The notes: generated by a model not told the origin, from the letters alone. Positions 1-11,039 are shown, counted from the stretch's first letter. The stretch is 38,250 bases of DNA from an uncultured Candidatus Saccharibacteria bacterium (GCA_964539415.1 CAZIID010000003.1:1-38250); one strand, 5' to 3'. A program made the numbers and translations.

Positions 1-8
1 CCTCTCCA

Positions 9-210
9 ACTTAAAGTGAGGATATTCAATTTAAAAACATTACGGAAGGAAATTTTTAGCAAAAAATTCTTTTCTTTTACTTAAAGCGAGGTCTAGCATT
101 TCAAAAGCCTTACGGAATATAACTTTTAGCAAAAAGTTATATGAGTAGAGAAAAAGCACTGCGACGGCAGTGCTTTTATCGTGCTTTTGAAATGCTAGAC
201 CGAGCGACCC
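9..210. repeat. Structured palindromic repeat: 19-bp IR enclosing two 11-bp hairpins, plus a degenerate tandem half-copy (period 70 bp)
   Basis: GGTCTAGCATTTCAAAAGC (90-108) / GCTTTTGAAATGCTAGACC (183-201); inner hairpins 117-142 (loop AGCA) and 152-177 (loop GACG); 9-70 resembles 79-140 (ACTTAAAG.GAGG...TTACGGAA...TTTTAGCAAAAA). The 152-177 hairpin may double as the rplY terminator. Confidence 0.8.
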
Positions 211-864
211 TTACTTCTTCGGCTCTTCTGCAGCTTCACCCTCAGCACCTTCTTTAGCTTCTTTACCTTTCTTTACAACTTCTATTGTTGATAGATCAAC
301 TGGAGCAACTTCAACTTCTTCTTTTGGTTCATAAACAGAAGCAACAACTTCTTCTGGATTTGCTTTTGCTTCTACACCAGCTGGCAATTTAATATCTTTA
401 ACTGTAATAACACTATCAAAATTTACAAGCGCAGATAAATCAACTTCTATATCTTTAGGAAGATCTTTAGGTAAAGCTTCAATTTCAAGCTCATACATAA
501 CTTTCACAAGAACTCCACCCAAGTCTTTTGCTGCAGGAGCAACACCGATAAATTCGATAGGAACTTTTATTTCAAGTTTCTTACCTTTTTCAATTGCATA
601 AAAGTCAGCGTGTCTTGGCTTGTCAGTTACTGGGTCAAGATCAACATCGTGTATCAAAACATCAACATCTATTCCATCACCTTCTAAATGAATAATTGAA
701 GATTCTCCGGCATCAGCTAAAGTTTTCTCAAAAATAGCATAATCAACGGTAATTGATGTAGATTTTTCTTTCTTACCATAAAAAACTGCTGGCATTTTGC
801 CTGTTTTTCTTAATTTTTCTACATTTGTCTTAACGTCTCTCTTTTCAACTTTTAATGTAAGCAT
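211..864 (-). CDS. rplY: 50S ribosomal protein L25 / general stress protein Ctc (long form)
   Basis: LRKTGKMPAVFYG, HADFY, GGVL, LPKDLP..IEVD motifs; acidic C-tail. Confidence 0.95.
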   Translation of the reverse strand: MLTLKVEKRDVKTNVEKLRKTGKMPAVFYGKKEKSTSITVDYAIFEKTLADAGESSIIHLEGDGIDVDVLIHDVDLDPVTDKPRHADFYAIEKGKKLEIKVPIEFIGVAPAAKDLGGVLVKVMYELEIEALPKDLPKDIEVDLSALVNFDSVITVKDIKLPAGVEAKANPEEVVASVYEPKEEVEVAPVDLSTIEVVKKGKEAKEGAEGEAAEEPKK

Positions 865-910
865 AGTTCCCGTATTATATATATTTTTAGAAAAAACACA
901 AGTGTTTATA

Positions 911-1777
911 TTACATATTGGAAAACACCCTCAATTTTTCCTCAACAACCTTCTGCATCTCCTCTATCGTAATGTTCATATATTTATAAGGAGCCACTTC
1001 GTCTGGTTTTTCTAATAAGGCTTTTTTTATACCATTTTTAAAGGCAACACGAAGCTCTGTATTTATATGAACTATTACCACCCCAGCTTCAATCGCTGAT
1101 TTTATATCATCAATTGAATTTCCAGAAGCTCCATGCAACACGAGAGGTACAGCAACACTTTCACTTATATCTTTGATTCTTTTAATATTTAGATTCGGAT
1201 CTTTTCCACCTTTTAACATCCCATGAATATTTCCGACAGCTGGAGCCAAAAGATCTACACCAGTCTTCAGAACAAAATCTTCTGCTTCACTAGGTTTAGT
1301 CAAAAATTCTTCTGTTATTTTTACACCTTTAGGAATACCATCCAAAACCTTTGATGAAGTACCTATAAAACCAAGTTCCGCTTCTACTACTATTTCAGGA
1401 TTTTTTGATTTGGCATATTCTACACATTCTTTAGTTTTCGAAATATTTTCTTCATAAGACATTCCTGTTGCATCAAAAATGACAGCGTCAAAACCTGCAT
1501 CAATAGCTTCTTTTACACCTTCTACTGTATATGTATGATCGGCATTTAAAAAAATTGGATAATTGTATTCATCTCTTATGCTTTTGACTAAAGCCGCAAC
1601 TTGTCTTGTTCCTATGTATTTTCTTTCTCCTTCAGCAACCCCGATTATTACTGGTAAATTGAATTTTTTTGCTGCATTAAAAATTGCCCATAGACCCTCA
1701 ATGTTTGAAATATTAAAATGACCTATGGCTATCTTTTTTTCTTTTGCTTCTTTTATATATTCTTTAAGTGTTTTCAT
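911..1777 (-). CDS. fba: Class II fructose-bisphosphate aldolase
   Basis: GHFN, NADH, VEAELG, AVGNIHG, LVLHGASG, HINTE motifs. Confidence 0.93.
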   Translation of the reverse strand: MKTLKEYIKEAKEKKIAIGHFNISNIEGLWAIFNAAKKFNLPVIIGVAEGERKYIGTRQVAALVKSIRDEYNYPIFLNADHTYTVEGVKEAIDAGFDAVIFDATGMSYEENISKTKECVEYAKSKNPEIVVEAELGFIGTSSKVLDGIPKGVKITEEFLTKPSEAEDFVLKTGVDLLAPAVGNIHGMLKGGKDPNLNIKRIKDISESVAVPLVLHGASGNSIDDIKSAIEAGVVIVHINTELRVAFKNGIKKALLEKPDEVAPYKYMNITIEEMQKVVEEKLRVFSNM

Positions 1778-2220
1778 TTTCCTATATCTTCACCCCAAAG
1801 TTCGGGTTTATTTTTAATAAAATCTGACATAATTTTTTTACACTCATCTATATCCAAATTTACAATCTCTACTCCGCGACTTGCAGAATATTCTTCTGGA
1901 CCTTTAAAATTTTGATTCTCTCCTATCACAACTTTTGGAATTTTATAAAGAAGGATAGTTCCGGTGCACATATCACAAGGAGATAAAGTGGAATATATGG
2001 TGCATTTTTTATAATCAGAAGAAGTTATATTGCTGGAATTTTGTATACAATCCATTTCTGCATGTAATATATCAGATCCTGTCTGAACTCTTTTATTATA
2101 TCCTCTACCAACAATCTCTCCATCTTTTACTAAAACACTACCAATAGGTATACCACCTTCCAAAAGTCCTTTCTTTGCTTCAAGCAAAGCTTCATTCATA
2201 AAAAAATAATCGTCTTTCAT
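1774..2220 (-). CDS. Zn-dependent cytosine deaminase (yeast Fcy1-like CDA fold)
   Basis: HAE and SPCDMC zinc motifs; GENxNF and C-terminal WxEDIG typical of Fcy1-type enzymes; 4-bp overlaps with both neighbours. Confidence 0.85.
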   Translation of the reverse strand: MKDDYFFMNEALLEAKKGLLEGGIPIGSVLVKDGEIVGRGYNKRVQTGSDILHAEMDCIQNSSNITSSDYKKCTIYSTLSPCDMCTGTILLYKIPKVVIGENQNFKGPEEYSASRGVEIVNLDIDECKKIMSDFIKNKPELWGEDIGK

Positions 2221-2933
2221 ATATTTCTCATTTCATCTATAACTTCTTTTACATCTAAACTTTCAAAAATCGCTGATCCGGAAATTAATCTGTTTACTCC
2301 AGCTTGGATTATACTATGAGCATTCTCTATCGTTACTCCGCCATCAACACTTATAATCGCTTCTGGATGACTCTGTCTTAGCTCTCGTATTTTTCCTAAT
2401 ACTTCCTCAACAAAAGATTCTCCTTGATAACCGACTTTTCTAATTCCCATAAATTGTACAAAGTCAGCAAGGGATCTACCTTCTTTGTTTGAATCCAAAA
2501 ATTGATGAATATGGTCATTTGAAGTTTTAACATCAAAAGCTACACCAAATTCCAAACTTACAGGTACATCCGAAAGATAACCGTATTTCTCTCTTAAACC
2601 CTCAAGGACGGTCTTAAGATTCGGAGTTGACTCATAGTGTAGGACTATTCTTTTTACCCCAGCCTTTATCCATGATTCTATTAATGTTTGTGGATGAGAT
2701 ACCATAAGGTCAACTTCAATATCAACCTCTTGCCAAAAAGGTAAGCCTTCATCTTCGTTTGATATAGAATGAAATTCTCCATGATCACCGACATATGGCC
2801 AACTTTTGGATGGAACAAATTTGCCGTCACATACATCCACTTGAACGATAGGAACTAAATCCTTTACAAGAGATATGTGTTCTCTTAAATCTTCAAAATC
2901 TTGTGGAATTATTGCTGGTATTATTTCTGTCAT
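2217..2933 (-). CDS. rpe: Ribulose-phosphate 3-epimerase family
   Basis: IIPAI, DVCDGKFVP, DLMV, GYQG, SVDGGV, SGSAIF. Confidence 0.88.
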   Translation of the reverse strand: MTEIIPAIIPQDFEDLREHISLVKDLVPIVQVDVCDGKFVPSKSWPYVGDHGEFHSISNEDEGLPFWQEVDIEVDLMVSHPQTLIESWIKAGVKRIVLHYESTPNLKTVLEGLREKYGYLSDVPVSLEFGVAFDVKTSNDHIHQFLDSNKEGRSLADFVQFMGIRKVGYQGESFVEEVLGKIRELRQSHPEAIISVDGGVTIENAHSIIQAGVNRLISGSAIFESLDVKEVIDEMRNI

Positions 2934-2943
2934 TTTTTTAATA

Positions 2944-3459
2944 TTAAGATATATCTATTTTACATTTAACGTCTTTTGAAATCTTCTCTATCTTCTTAAT
3001 TCTTCTAATATGTTTCTCCTCCCCAGAAAAAGTAGTTTTGAGCCACAAGTCTACAGCTTTCTTTGCCAAAGAAAATTTTACAAACCTTGCCCCAATAGAA
3101 AGTATGTTTGAATTATTGTGCTTCCTGCCAAGTTCAATTATATCTAATCTATCAGCAAAAAAACCTCCTCCATAATATACAGTAGCTCTAACATTTGGAT
3201 ATCGGTTGGCCACAATAGCTTCACCTTGTCCTGAACCACCAAAGATTATTCCTCTATTCATATCTGGATTACAAGATACAGATTCAGCTACAGGTGAAAT
3301 ATAATCTGGATAGTCATCAAATTCTTCTAAACTTTTCGCCCCAAAGTCAAAAACTTCAAAACCGGCATCCTGAAGATATTTTAATACTTTTTCTTTCAAC
3401 TCGAAACCAGCATGATCAGTACCCAAATATATTTTATATTTTTTAGAGACTTTATTCAC
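2944..3459 (-). CDS. rpiB: Ribose-5-phosphate isomerase B (Glu-type active site)
   Basis: GTDHAG, DDYPD, GGSGQGE, ANR, HNNSN, RRI motifs; GTG start. Confidence 0.92.
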   Translation of the reverse strand: MNKVSKKYKIYLGTDHAGFELKEKVLKYLQDAGFEVFDFGAKSLEEFDDYPDYISPVAESVSCNPDMNRGIIFGGSGQGEAIVANRYPNVRATVYYGGGFFADRLDIIELGRKHNNSNILSIGARFVKFSLAKKAVDLWLKTTFSGEEKHIRRIKKIEKISKDVKCKIDIS

Positions 3460-3465
3460 TATCTA

Positions 3466-3474
3466 ATTATATCA
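3466..3474 (-). promoter_or_regulatory. Extended -10 (TGATATAAT) 6 nt upstream of the rpiB GTG
   Basis: Minus strand TGA-TATAAT-tagata-GTG. Confidence 0.6.
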
Positions 3475-4902
3475 TTACTTCAAAAGAGTTAGAAGTATGT
3501 TTTTTACAGCTTGAGGATTTGCAGAACCTTTTGTGGCTTTCATAGCAAGCCCCACAAGAGACATTATTGCTGTTTCTTTTCCTGCTTTATAATCTGTAAC
3601 AATTTTTCCATTTTCAGCGACAATCTTTTCAAGGATTATTTTTAATTCCCCTTCATCATTTTTTTGCATCAGACCTTCTTTTTCTGAAATTTCTTCTGGA
3701 TCAAAATTTTCTTTGACTAATCTTGCCAATAAGTCTTTTGCAACACGAGAAGATATTTTTCCATTTCCAAAGATCTCAATCAGTTTTGCAAAATGCTCTG
3801 GTTTAGGCAAATTGGCAGTTGGATCTGTTTTTCTAAGTCCAATGTAATCAGAAGTAATAAAACTTGAAGCAGTGGATAAACTAAAAACCTTACCATTATT
3901 TTCCCAGACTAAAATTAACTTTTCAAAATAATCACTAAGGTCCTTATTTCCAACATATGTCTCTGTATCTTCGGCTTTAATGCCAATCTTTATATATTTT
4001 TCTCTTCTTTCCCAAGGTAGCTCTGGTAATTCTTTTTTCAAAGCGTTCAAGTCAAAGACCTCTGGCACCATAAGTTTGGGCAAATCAGGCTCAGGAAAAT
4101 ATCGATAGTCATGAGAATCTTCTTTTATTCTCTGTAAATAAGTTTTTTGTTTCGCCTCATCCCAACCCCTGGTTTCTTGAACTATTTTTCCTCCAGATTC
4201 AAGCACTTCGATATGTCTTTCTATTTCATATGCAATAGCTCTTTCAACTGATCTGAATGAATTTAAATTTTTAACTTCAGCTTTTGTACCAAGTCTGTCT
4301 TCGCAATCACTTACAGAAACGTTTGCTTCAATTCTCATTTCTCCTTTTTCCAAATTTGCATCTCCAGCACCAAGATATTGTAAAAGAAGTTGAAGCTCTT
4401 TGGCAAAATCAGAAGCTTCCTTTGCACTATGTATTACAGGTTCTGTAACAAGCTCCATAAGAGGAACACTTGAACGATTAAAATCTACCAAACTAAAATC
4501 GCTTCCTTCATGTGACGAGCTGGCTGTATCTTCTTCCAAATGTATTCTTGTAAGTCTGACACCGTGGAGATAACCACCGACAACTAAAGGATATTTGTAT
4601 TGGCTTATTTGATAACCTTTTGGAATATCAGGATAAAAATAATTTTTTCTGTCCCATTCTGTAAAATTTGCAATTTCTGACTGACATGCAAGACCAACTC
4701 TTAAAACTTGTTTAATAGCTTCTTTATTTAAAACAGGCAAAGTTCCAGGATGGCCCATACAAACAGGACAAACATTTACGTTTGCTTTTGTCTCATTTGG
4801 ATCATTCTTGCACGAACAAAACATCTTGGACTTAGTTTTAAGTTCTGCATGGATTTCGAGTCCTATAGTCGCCTTGTATTTACACTCTTTATTTTCGGTC
4901 AT
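3475..4902 (-). CDS. gatB: Asp/Glu-tRNA amidotransferase subunit B
   Basis: IGLEIHAEL, RKNYFYPD, HLEED, EVKNLNS, YRYFPEPDL; C-terminal YqeY-like domain. Confidence 0.97.
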   Translation of the reverse strand: MTENKECKYKATIGLEIHAELKTKSKMFCSCKNDPNETKANVNVCPVCMGHPGTLPVLNKEAIKQVLRVGLACQSEIANFTEWDRKNYFYPDIPKGYQISQYKYPLVVGGYLHGVRLTRIHLEEDTASSSHEGSDFSLVDFNRSSVPLMELVTEPVIHSAKEASDFAKELQLLLQYLGAGDANLEKGEMRIEANVSVSDCEDRLGTKAEVKNLNSFRSVERAIAYEIERHIEVLESGGKIVQETRGWDEAKQKTYLQRIKEDSHDYRYFPEPDLPKLMVPEVFDLNALKKELPELPWERREKYIKIGIKAEDTETYVGNKDLSDYFEKLILVWENNGKVFSLSTASSFITSDYIGLRKTDPTANLPKPEHFAKLIEIFGNGKISSRVAKDLLARLVKENFDPEEISEKEGLMQKNDEGELKIILEKIVAENGKIVTDYKAGKETAIMSLVGLAMKATKGSANPQAVKNILLTLLK

Positions 4903-5022
4903 AATGTTATTTTATATTGAGATAATAGCACAAAAAAAACCTTGATAGAAGAGACAGCAACATACAGAAAAAATCTTTAGCAAGAGATTTTTGTGTTTCT
5001 AAAATGTGAGGCTAAGTAACCT

Positions 5023-6003
5023 TTATTTCACACTTTCCTTCCTCAAAATCTTTATCAAACTATCCTTCAACTCTTTTATAGAAGCATCATCATATACCGT
5101 TACTGTCAAAACACTTTTATTTAATTTTTTTGCTTCTTTAATTCTCAATTTTAGAGTCTTTTCATCTACCAAGTCTGTCTTTGTGAGAATTATTATTTCA
5201 TCCTTTTCTGCAAGCTCAACGCTGTAAGCTTCAAGCTCTTGTCTAATAACTTTATATGCAGAAGTTATATCTTCGGTCTCAAGTGAAATACAGTGCAATA
5301 AAACTTTTGTTCTCTTTATATGTCTCAAAAACTTATCCCCAAGTCCCTTCCCTTCTGAAGCACCTTCAATAAGCCCAGGAATGTCGGCTAAAATAAAACC
5401 ATACATATCTCCAAGTGCTGGCTCTAGTGTCGTAAATTGATAAGCACCAACTTTTGATTTTGCATTTGTAAGTTCATTTAAAATACTAGATTTACCTGCG
5501 TTTGGAAGTCCTATAAGTCCGGCATCAGCAACAAGTTCTACCTCAATAGAGAACATTGCTTCTTCAGCACTCTTACCGACAGTAGCTTGATCAGGTCTAA
5601 TATTTACAGATGATTTAAAATATTCATTACCAAGACCACCCCTACCACCATTTAATATTTTTATAATTTCTTCGTCTTTTAATAAATTAAAGACTTCTCT
5701 TGTTTCAGCATTTTTTACAACAGAACCAATAGGTAATTCTATTATCAAATCTTCCCCATTTTTTCCATGCATGCTGTCTTTCATACCATCTTGACCACGC
5801 TCTGCAGCAAGTTCTTTTGTGTTTTTATATCGAGCGAGAATACCGATGTCTCTAACAGCTTTAATATATACATCTCCTCCTCTTCCTCCGTTACCTCCTG
5901 ACGGACCGGAATATTCTTTGCTTTTTTCATGAAGCCAACGGACAACACCATTACCCCCTTGTCCTGCTTTAATTTTTATTTTTAGTTCATCAATAAATGA
6001 CAT
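5023..6003 (-). CDS. obgE: GTPase Obg/CgtA lacking the C-terminal OCT domain
   Basis: Gly-rich Obg fold; GLPNAGKS, FTT, DIPGLIEGA, TKTD. Confidence 0.96.
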   Translation of the reverse strand: MSFIDELKIKIKAGQGGNGVVRWLHEKSKEYSGPSGGNGGRGGDVYIKAVRDIGILARYKNTKELAAERGQDGMKDSMHGKNGEDLIIELPIGSVVKNAETREVFNLLKDEEIIKILNGGRGGLGNEYFKSSVNIRPDQATVGKSAEEAMFSIEVELVADAGLIGLPNAGKSSILNELTNAKSKVGAYQFTTLEPALGDMYGFILADIPGLIEGASEGKGLGDKFLRHIKRTKVLLHCISLETEDITSAYKVIRQELEAYSVELAEKDEIIILTKTDLVDEKTLKLRIKEAKKLNKSVLTVTVYDDASIKELKDSLIKILRKESVK

Positions 6004-6013
6004 ATATTTGATA

Positions 6014-6898
6014 TTAAGCTTCTAAAGCTTTTTTAGCAAGTGCGACTGTTCCCTCTTTACTCTTAGCAACAGCAACGAAACATGCCTTGTGACAAAACAA
6101 TGCATCTTCTACGCCACTAACTTTTGCGAGTTCTCCATCTACAAGTCCAGACCAACTTTTTGGAAAATTTTTCCTATTATCAAAAGTTCCGTTTATTTGC
6201 GGTGATTTTGCTTTCCAACCTAAAGAAGAAGGAGTAATAACAAACATAACCTCTTTATAATTATCTATAAAACTTTCCCAAGGGCACTCCGCTTCAAGTA
6301 TTATTATCTGTTTATCTTCATTTTTATCATACTCTTTTTTGAAAAATATTTCTGCATCTTCTAATCCCCTATATATTTCTATTTCCCTCAAAATCATTTC
6401 TTTTGCAAAGGCAACACTCTTTAAAAAACTTTCTTCGAAACCCACTCCTCCGATTTTCCATGCTGGTTTAAATGATTGAATGACATCAAAAAGAAAAATA
6501 TCTCTAAAATCAGAAAACACAGGTCTTGATATTGTAATTCCATTGTCAGTTGCATCTATTGGTAAAACAAGTCTTTTTTCAAGTTTTTTCGCTATTTCTT
6601 TTGACTGACAAATCTCTTCTCCATATTCTTTCCATAACAAACCAAAAGTTGCATATGGTATTCCATTCTCTCTCTTTCCGATATCGCCAATATGATGATC
6701 AAATCTGCCAGATTCTTTGTTGTATATAAAACCAGTATCCAAAACATAATCAGCCTTAGACAAAATTTCACTATCTCTAGTTCTTTTTATATCCAATTCC
6801 GATAAATCTTTTTTCAACCATAAAGACAAAACAGCTGTTGCAAAAACATCATCCGCATGAAAATCACCGCTGTGAACTGCAACTTTTATTTTTTCCAT
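6014..6898 (-). CDS. MYG1 family (UPF0160) DHH-like hydrolase/exonuclease
   Basis: HSGDFHADD, RTRD, FDHH, DATDNG, FCH motifs. Confidence 0.9.
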   Translation of the reverse strand: MEKIKVAVHSGDFHADDVFATAVLSLWLKKDLSELDIKRTRDSEILSKADYVLDTGFIYNKESGRFDHHIGDIGKRENGIPYATFGLLWKEYGEEICQSKEIAKKLEKRLVLPIDATDNGITISRPVFSDFRDIFLFDVIQSFKPAWKIGGVGFEESFLKSVAFAKEMILREIEIYRGLEDAEIFFKKEYDKNEDKQIIILEAECPWESFIDNYKEVMFVITPSSLGWKAKSPQINGTFDNRKNFPKSWSGLVDGELAKVSGVEDALFCHKACFVAVAKSKEGTVALAKKALEA

Positions 6899-6899
6899 T

Positions 6900-7373
6900 T
6901 TATTTATTTTTTAAAAGCTCTTTTATTTCGGCAATCTCCTTTCTCAAAATAAAAACTTCACTTTCAACATTACAGACTTTTTCATTCGTTGTTTTTATTT
7001 CAGAAACATGTGTGACAATCTGATTTTCTTCTTTCTGCATTTTTTCAATCGCTTTTTCAAAATCTTTTCTATCTTTTTTTATTCCTGAGATTATTACAGA
7101 ATCACTAATAAACAAAGAGACATAAAGTCCAGTTATCAAAAGAAGGCCTGTCCCTATGATTATAGATATAATATTTGACCAAAAACCTTCAATAGGAAGA
7201 TTGAAACTTTCTAATAAAAAATAATCTGTAATCTGCCAAACACCCCTCCAAAATTCTACAATGGCAAATCCTCCAACGAGGGCAAAAAATATTGGGTATC
7301 TGCTAATTCTCATTCTTACCTTGTCCTCTGCTTTATCAAAATAATTGACAATACTATTAAAAAGTTTTTTCAT
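6900..7373 (-). CDS. Hypothetical membrane protein (2 TM + C-terminal coiled coil)
   Basis: Two hydrophobic stretches around FWRGVW; heptad-like C-terminus; operon-like spacing. Confidence 0.75.
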   Translation of the reverse strand: MKKLFNSIVNYFDKAEDKVRMRISRYPIFFALVGGFAIVEFWRGVWQITDYFLLESFNLPIEGFWSNIISIIIGTGLLLITGLYVSLFISDSVIISGIKKDRKDFEKAIEKMQKEENQIVTHVSEIKTTNEKVCNVESEVFILRKEIAEIKELLKNK

Positions 7374-7408
7374 ATATTTATATGTTATATGATAACATGT
7401 TTTTAAAA

Positions 7409-8899
7409 TTATTTCATCGGCTTAGGTATTTTCAACCCTAAGTATTTTAGTATAAAAGATGCTATTTCTGAAAGACTTTTTCCTTTAAAAACACTCTCTT
7501 TGTCAGTAAAAATAAATGGTACAGGATTTGTTGTGTGTGCTGTGTGTTTTACGCCTGCTTTTTTATCAAAATATATTTCAGCGTTACCGTGATCGGCAGT
7601 AATAAAAAGTGTCACGTTTCTTTCCTTAGCAACTTCTACTATCCTGCCAAGTTCTTTGTCCACGACTTCGATCGACTCAATAATAGCAGGGCCGTTACCG
7701 GTGTGACCCACCATGTCTGGATTTGCAAAGTTCACAAAGATAAAATCTGTTTCTTTTTTTATTTCCTGAATTGTTGCATCAGATATCTCTTTTGCTTTCA
7801 TTTCTGGAGCAAGATCATGAGTGGCGATGTCCTTCCTGCTATCTAGCAAAATATCTCTTTCGCCTTTAGGAGTTTTTTGATCTCCGCCATTCAAAAAATA
7901 TGTAGCGTGCGCAAATTTCTCTGTTTCAGCAATATGAGCTTGGATCAGACCTGATTTTGAGATTTCTTTTGCAAGTGTAGTCTCAATTTCAATCGGTAGG
8001 AAAACAACATCTAATTTCATATCCTCATCGTATTGAGTCATTACCGAATAAAAAAGATTCATCTTTTTTCTTTTTTCAAGAATAATTTTTGAAATCATCC
8101 TGGCTCTATCGGCTCTAAAATTATAGAAAAATATTCCATCACCTTTTTCTATGATTCCTTCTTTATCTAAAAGAGTTGGTTCAAAATGTTCATCTGTCTT
8201 ACCTGCTTTATAATATTCTTCCGCAACGACAGAAGCTTTTTGGGCTTCAAAAATATTTCCCTTCCCTTCAAAAATTAATCCAGTAGTTTTTTCAAGTCTA
8301 TCCCAATTATTATCTCTATCCATAGCAAAATATCTTCCACAGATAGTAGCAATCTTTCCAATACCTATTTTTTTAATTTTAATCTCAAGTTCTTTTATAT
8401 ATTTAACAGCACTCTGCGGAGCGGTATCTCTACCATCTGTAAAACAGTGAATATAGACATCACTAATTCCAGCTTTTTTTGCAATTTCCAAGAATGCATA
8501 CAAATGACTACTATGACTATGCACTCCACCTGGACCAAGCAGACCCATCACATGAAGTTTAGATTTGTTTTTCTTTACGTGGGCAAAGAGGTTTTTAAAA
8601 ACTTTATTTTTCTCATACGAACCAGACTTTATTGCGTCCCCAATTCTCACAAGATCAGAATAGACAACTTTACCTGCACCAATTGTTGTGTGTCCAACTT
8701 CGCTATTGCCCATTTGTCCCTCTGGTAAACCCACAGCAAGACCACTAGCCTTTAGTAGACCGTGTGGATATTCCTTCCAGAGTTTATCGAAGTTTGGTTT
8801 CTTGGCTTCTTCTATTCCGTTAAATTCTTTTTCCTTTCTGACACCCCAACCATCGAGAATTATAAGAACGATCTTTTTAATTTGTTTTTTACCAACCAT
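7409..8899 (-). CDS. gpmI: 2,3-bisphosphoglycerate-independent phosphoglycerate mutase
   Basis: ILDGWG, GNSEVGH, DGRD, AETEK, NPDMVGHTG, TADHGN, HT motifs. Confidence 0.97.
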   Translation of the reverse strand: MVGKKQIKKIVLIILDGWGVRKEKEFNGIEEAKKPNFDKLWKEYPHGLLKASGLAVGLPEGQMGNSEVGHTTIGAGKVVYSDLVRIGDAIKSGSYEKNKVFKNLFAHVKKNKSKLHVMGLLGPGGVHSHSSHLYAFLEIAKKAGISDVYIHCFTDGRDTAPQSAVKYIKELEIKIKKIGIGKIATICGRYFAMDRDNNWDRLEKTTGLIFEGKGNIFEAQKASVVAEEYYKAGKTDEHFEPTLLDKEGIIEKGDGIFFYNFRADRARMISKIILEKRKKMNLFYSVMTQYDEDMKLDVVFLPIEIETTLAKEISKSGLIQAHIAETEKFAHATYFLNGGDQKTPKGERDILLDSRKDIATHDLAPEMKAKEISDATIQEIKKETDFIFVNFANPDMVGHTGNGPAIIESIEVVDKELGRIVEVAKERNVTLFITADHGNAEIYFDKKAGVKHTAHTTNPVPFIFTDKESVFKGKSLSEIASFILKYLGLKIPKPMK

Positions 8900-8904
8900 T
8901 TTTA

Positions 8905-10239
<1,335 letters not shown>

Positions 10240-10306
10240 TTAACACAACAAAAAAGTAAAATACTAATTAATCTAAAATTGGGCAACAAAAAATAGAAAA
10301 AGAAAA

Positions 10307-10335
10307 TGTCCAGTCCGACTGAGTCGGACTGGACA
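10307..10335 (-). terminator. Intrinsic terminator of orphan 10342-10962
   Basis: 13-bp perfect stem TGTCCAGTCCGAC/GTCGGACTGGACA followed by a U-rich tract on the minus strand. Confidence 0.8.
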
Positions 10336-10341
10336 AAAAAA

Positions 10342-10962
10342 TCATTTCCAAGACATTATTACATGTCTCAGCAATCTCCTATGAATATTGATAATCGGAA
10401 ACAAATAAACCGGTTGCAAACAACAATTTTTCTTTGTGGTTTTCAGACACTTCAGAAGTGATTTAAAGAGGATTTTGCCTCCTTCACAAACAACCTGTGA
10501 ATGCCTTAACTTACCCAATATAAGTGCGTGAGCTATTTTCTTTGCTTTCAAAAACATACCCGTACCTTCGACAACATCTCTTTTTGTTAAAACAATGTCA
10601 GCTTTTTGTTTTCTTTTCTTTTTATGCTGACTTACGGTCAAATCGACAGTGACGATTGTATCCCTAAATTTAAAAAACAAATCAACACCATAAATCTTAT
10701 CAAGGGGAGAATCAATAGCAACAAAAAGTTGCAGCTCTTCCTTGTTCGGCCACAAACGAAATGCAACCTGACCGAAAAGTGCTTCTGCAATTTCAGTGTT
10801 CGGACTATTTGGATTCCACCCAATAGGTTGATTATCCATAGCCATCTGAAGCGCACGAAAAAAATCACATTTTTTTTTGCTTACCCTAATCTTTTTCCCC
10901 TTACTTGAAATACCTGTCACATCCTTTTCAAAAACATGTCCAGCTTCCGACATTTCACTCAT
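10342..10962 (-). CDS. Hypothetical protein, possible PD-(D/E)XK-like fold
   Basis: 206-aa ORF with AGGAG (10967-10971), own promoter and terminator; PLD..GVD..VTVDLT pattern. Confidence 0.65.
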   Translation of the reverse strand: MSEMSEAGHVFEKDVTGISSKGKKIRVSKKKCDFFRALQMAMDNQPIGWNPNSPNTEIAEALFGQVAFRLWPNKEELQLFVAIDSPLDKIYGVDLFFKFRDTIVTVDLTVSQHKKKRKQKADIVLTKRDVVEGTGMFLKAKKIAHALILGKLRHSQVVCEGGKILFKSLLKCLKTTKKNCCLQPVYLFPIINIHRRLLRHVIMSWK

Positions 10963-11011
10963 AGTACTCCTATTTTTAAAGAACCTAATTAGAAATTATC
11001 CCTCTATAGCA

Positions 11012-11039
11012 ATAATAACCAAATACAAAAAGAGGTCAA
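11012..11039 (-). promoter_or_regulatory. Sigma70-type promoter TTGACC-N16-TATTAT for orphan 10342-10962
   Basis: Consensus-like hexamers; spacer shares TACAAAAAGAG with 36588-36598. Confidence 0.55.

Noticed and set aside
5004-5015. ATGTGAGGCTAA looks like a junction of motifs A and B
   Set aside because: Only 6-7 nt matches; compatible with chance
5023-6003. obg as truncated pseudogene
   Set aside because: Obg and G domains are intact; only the variable C-terminal domain is missing
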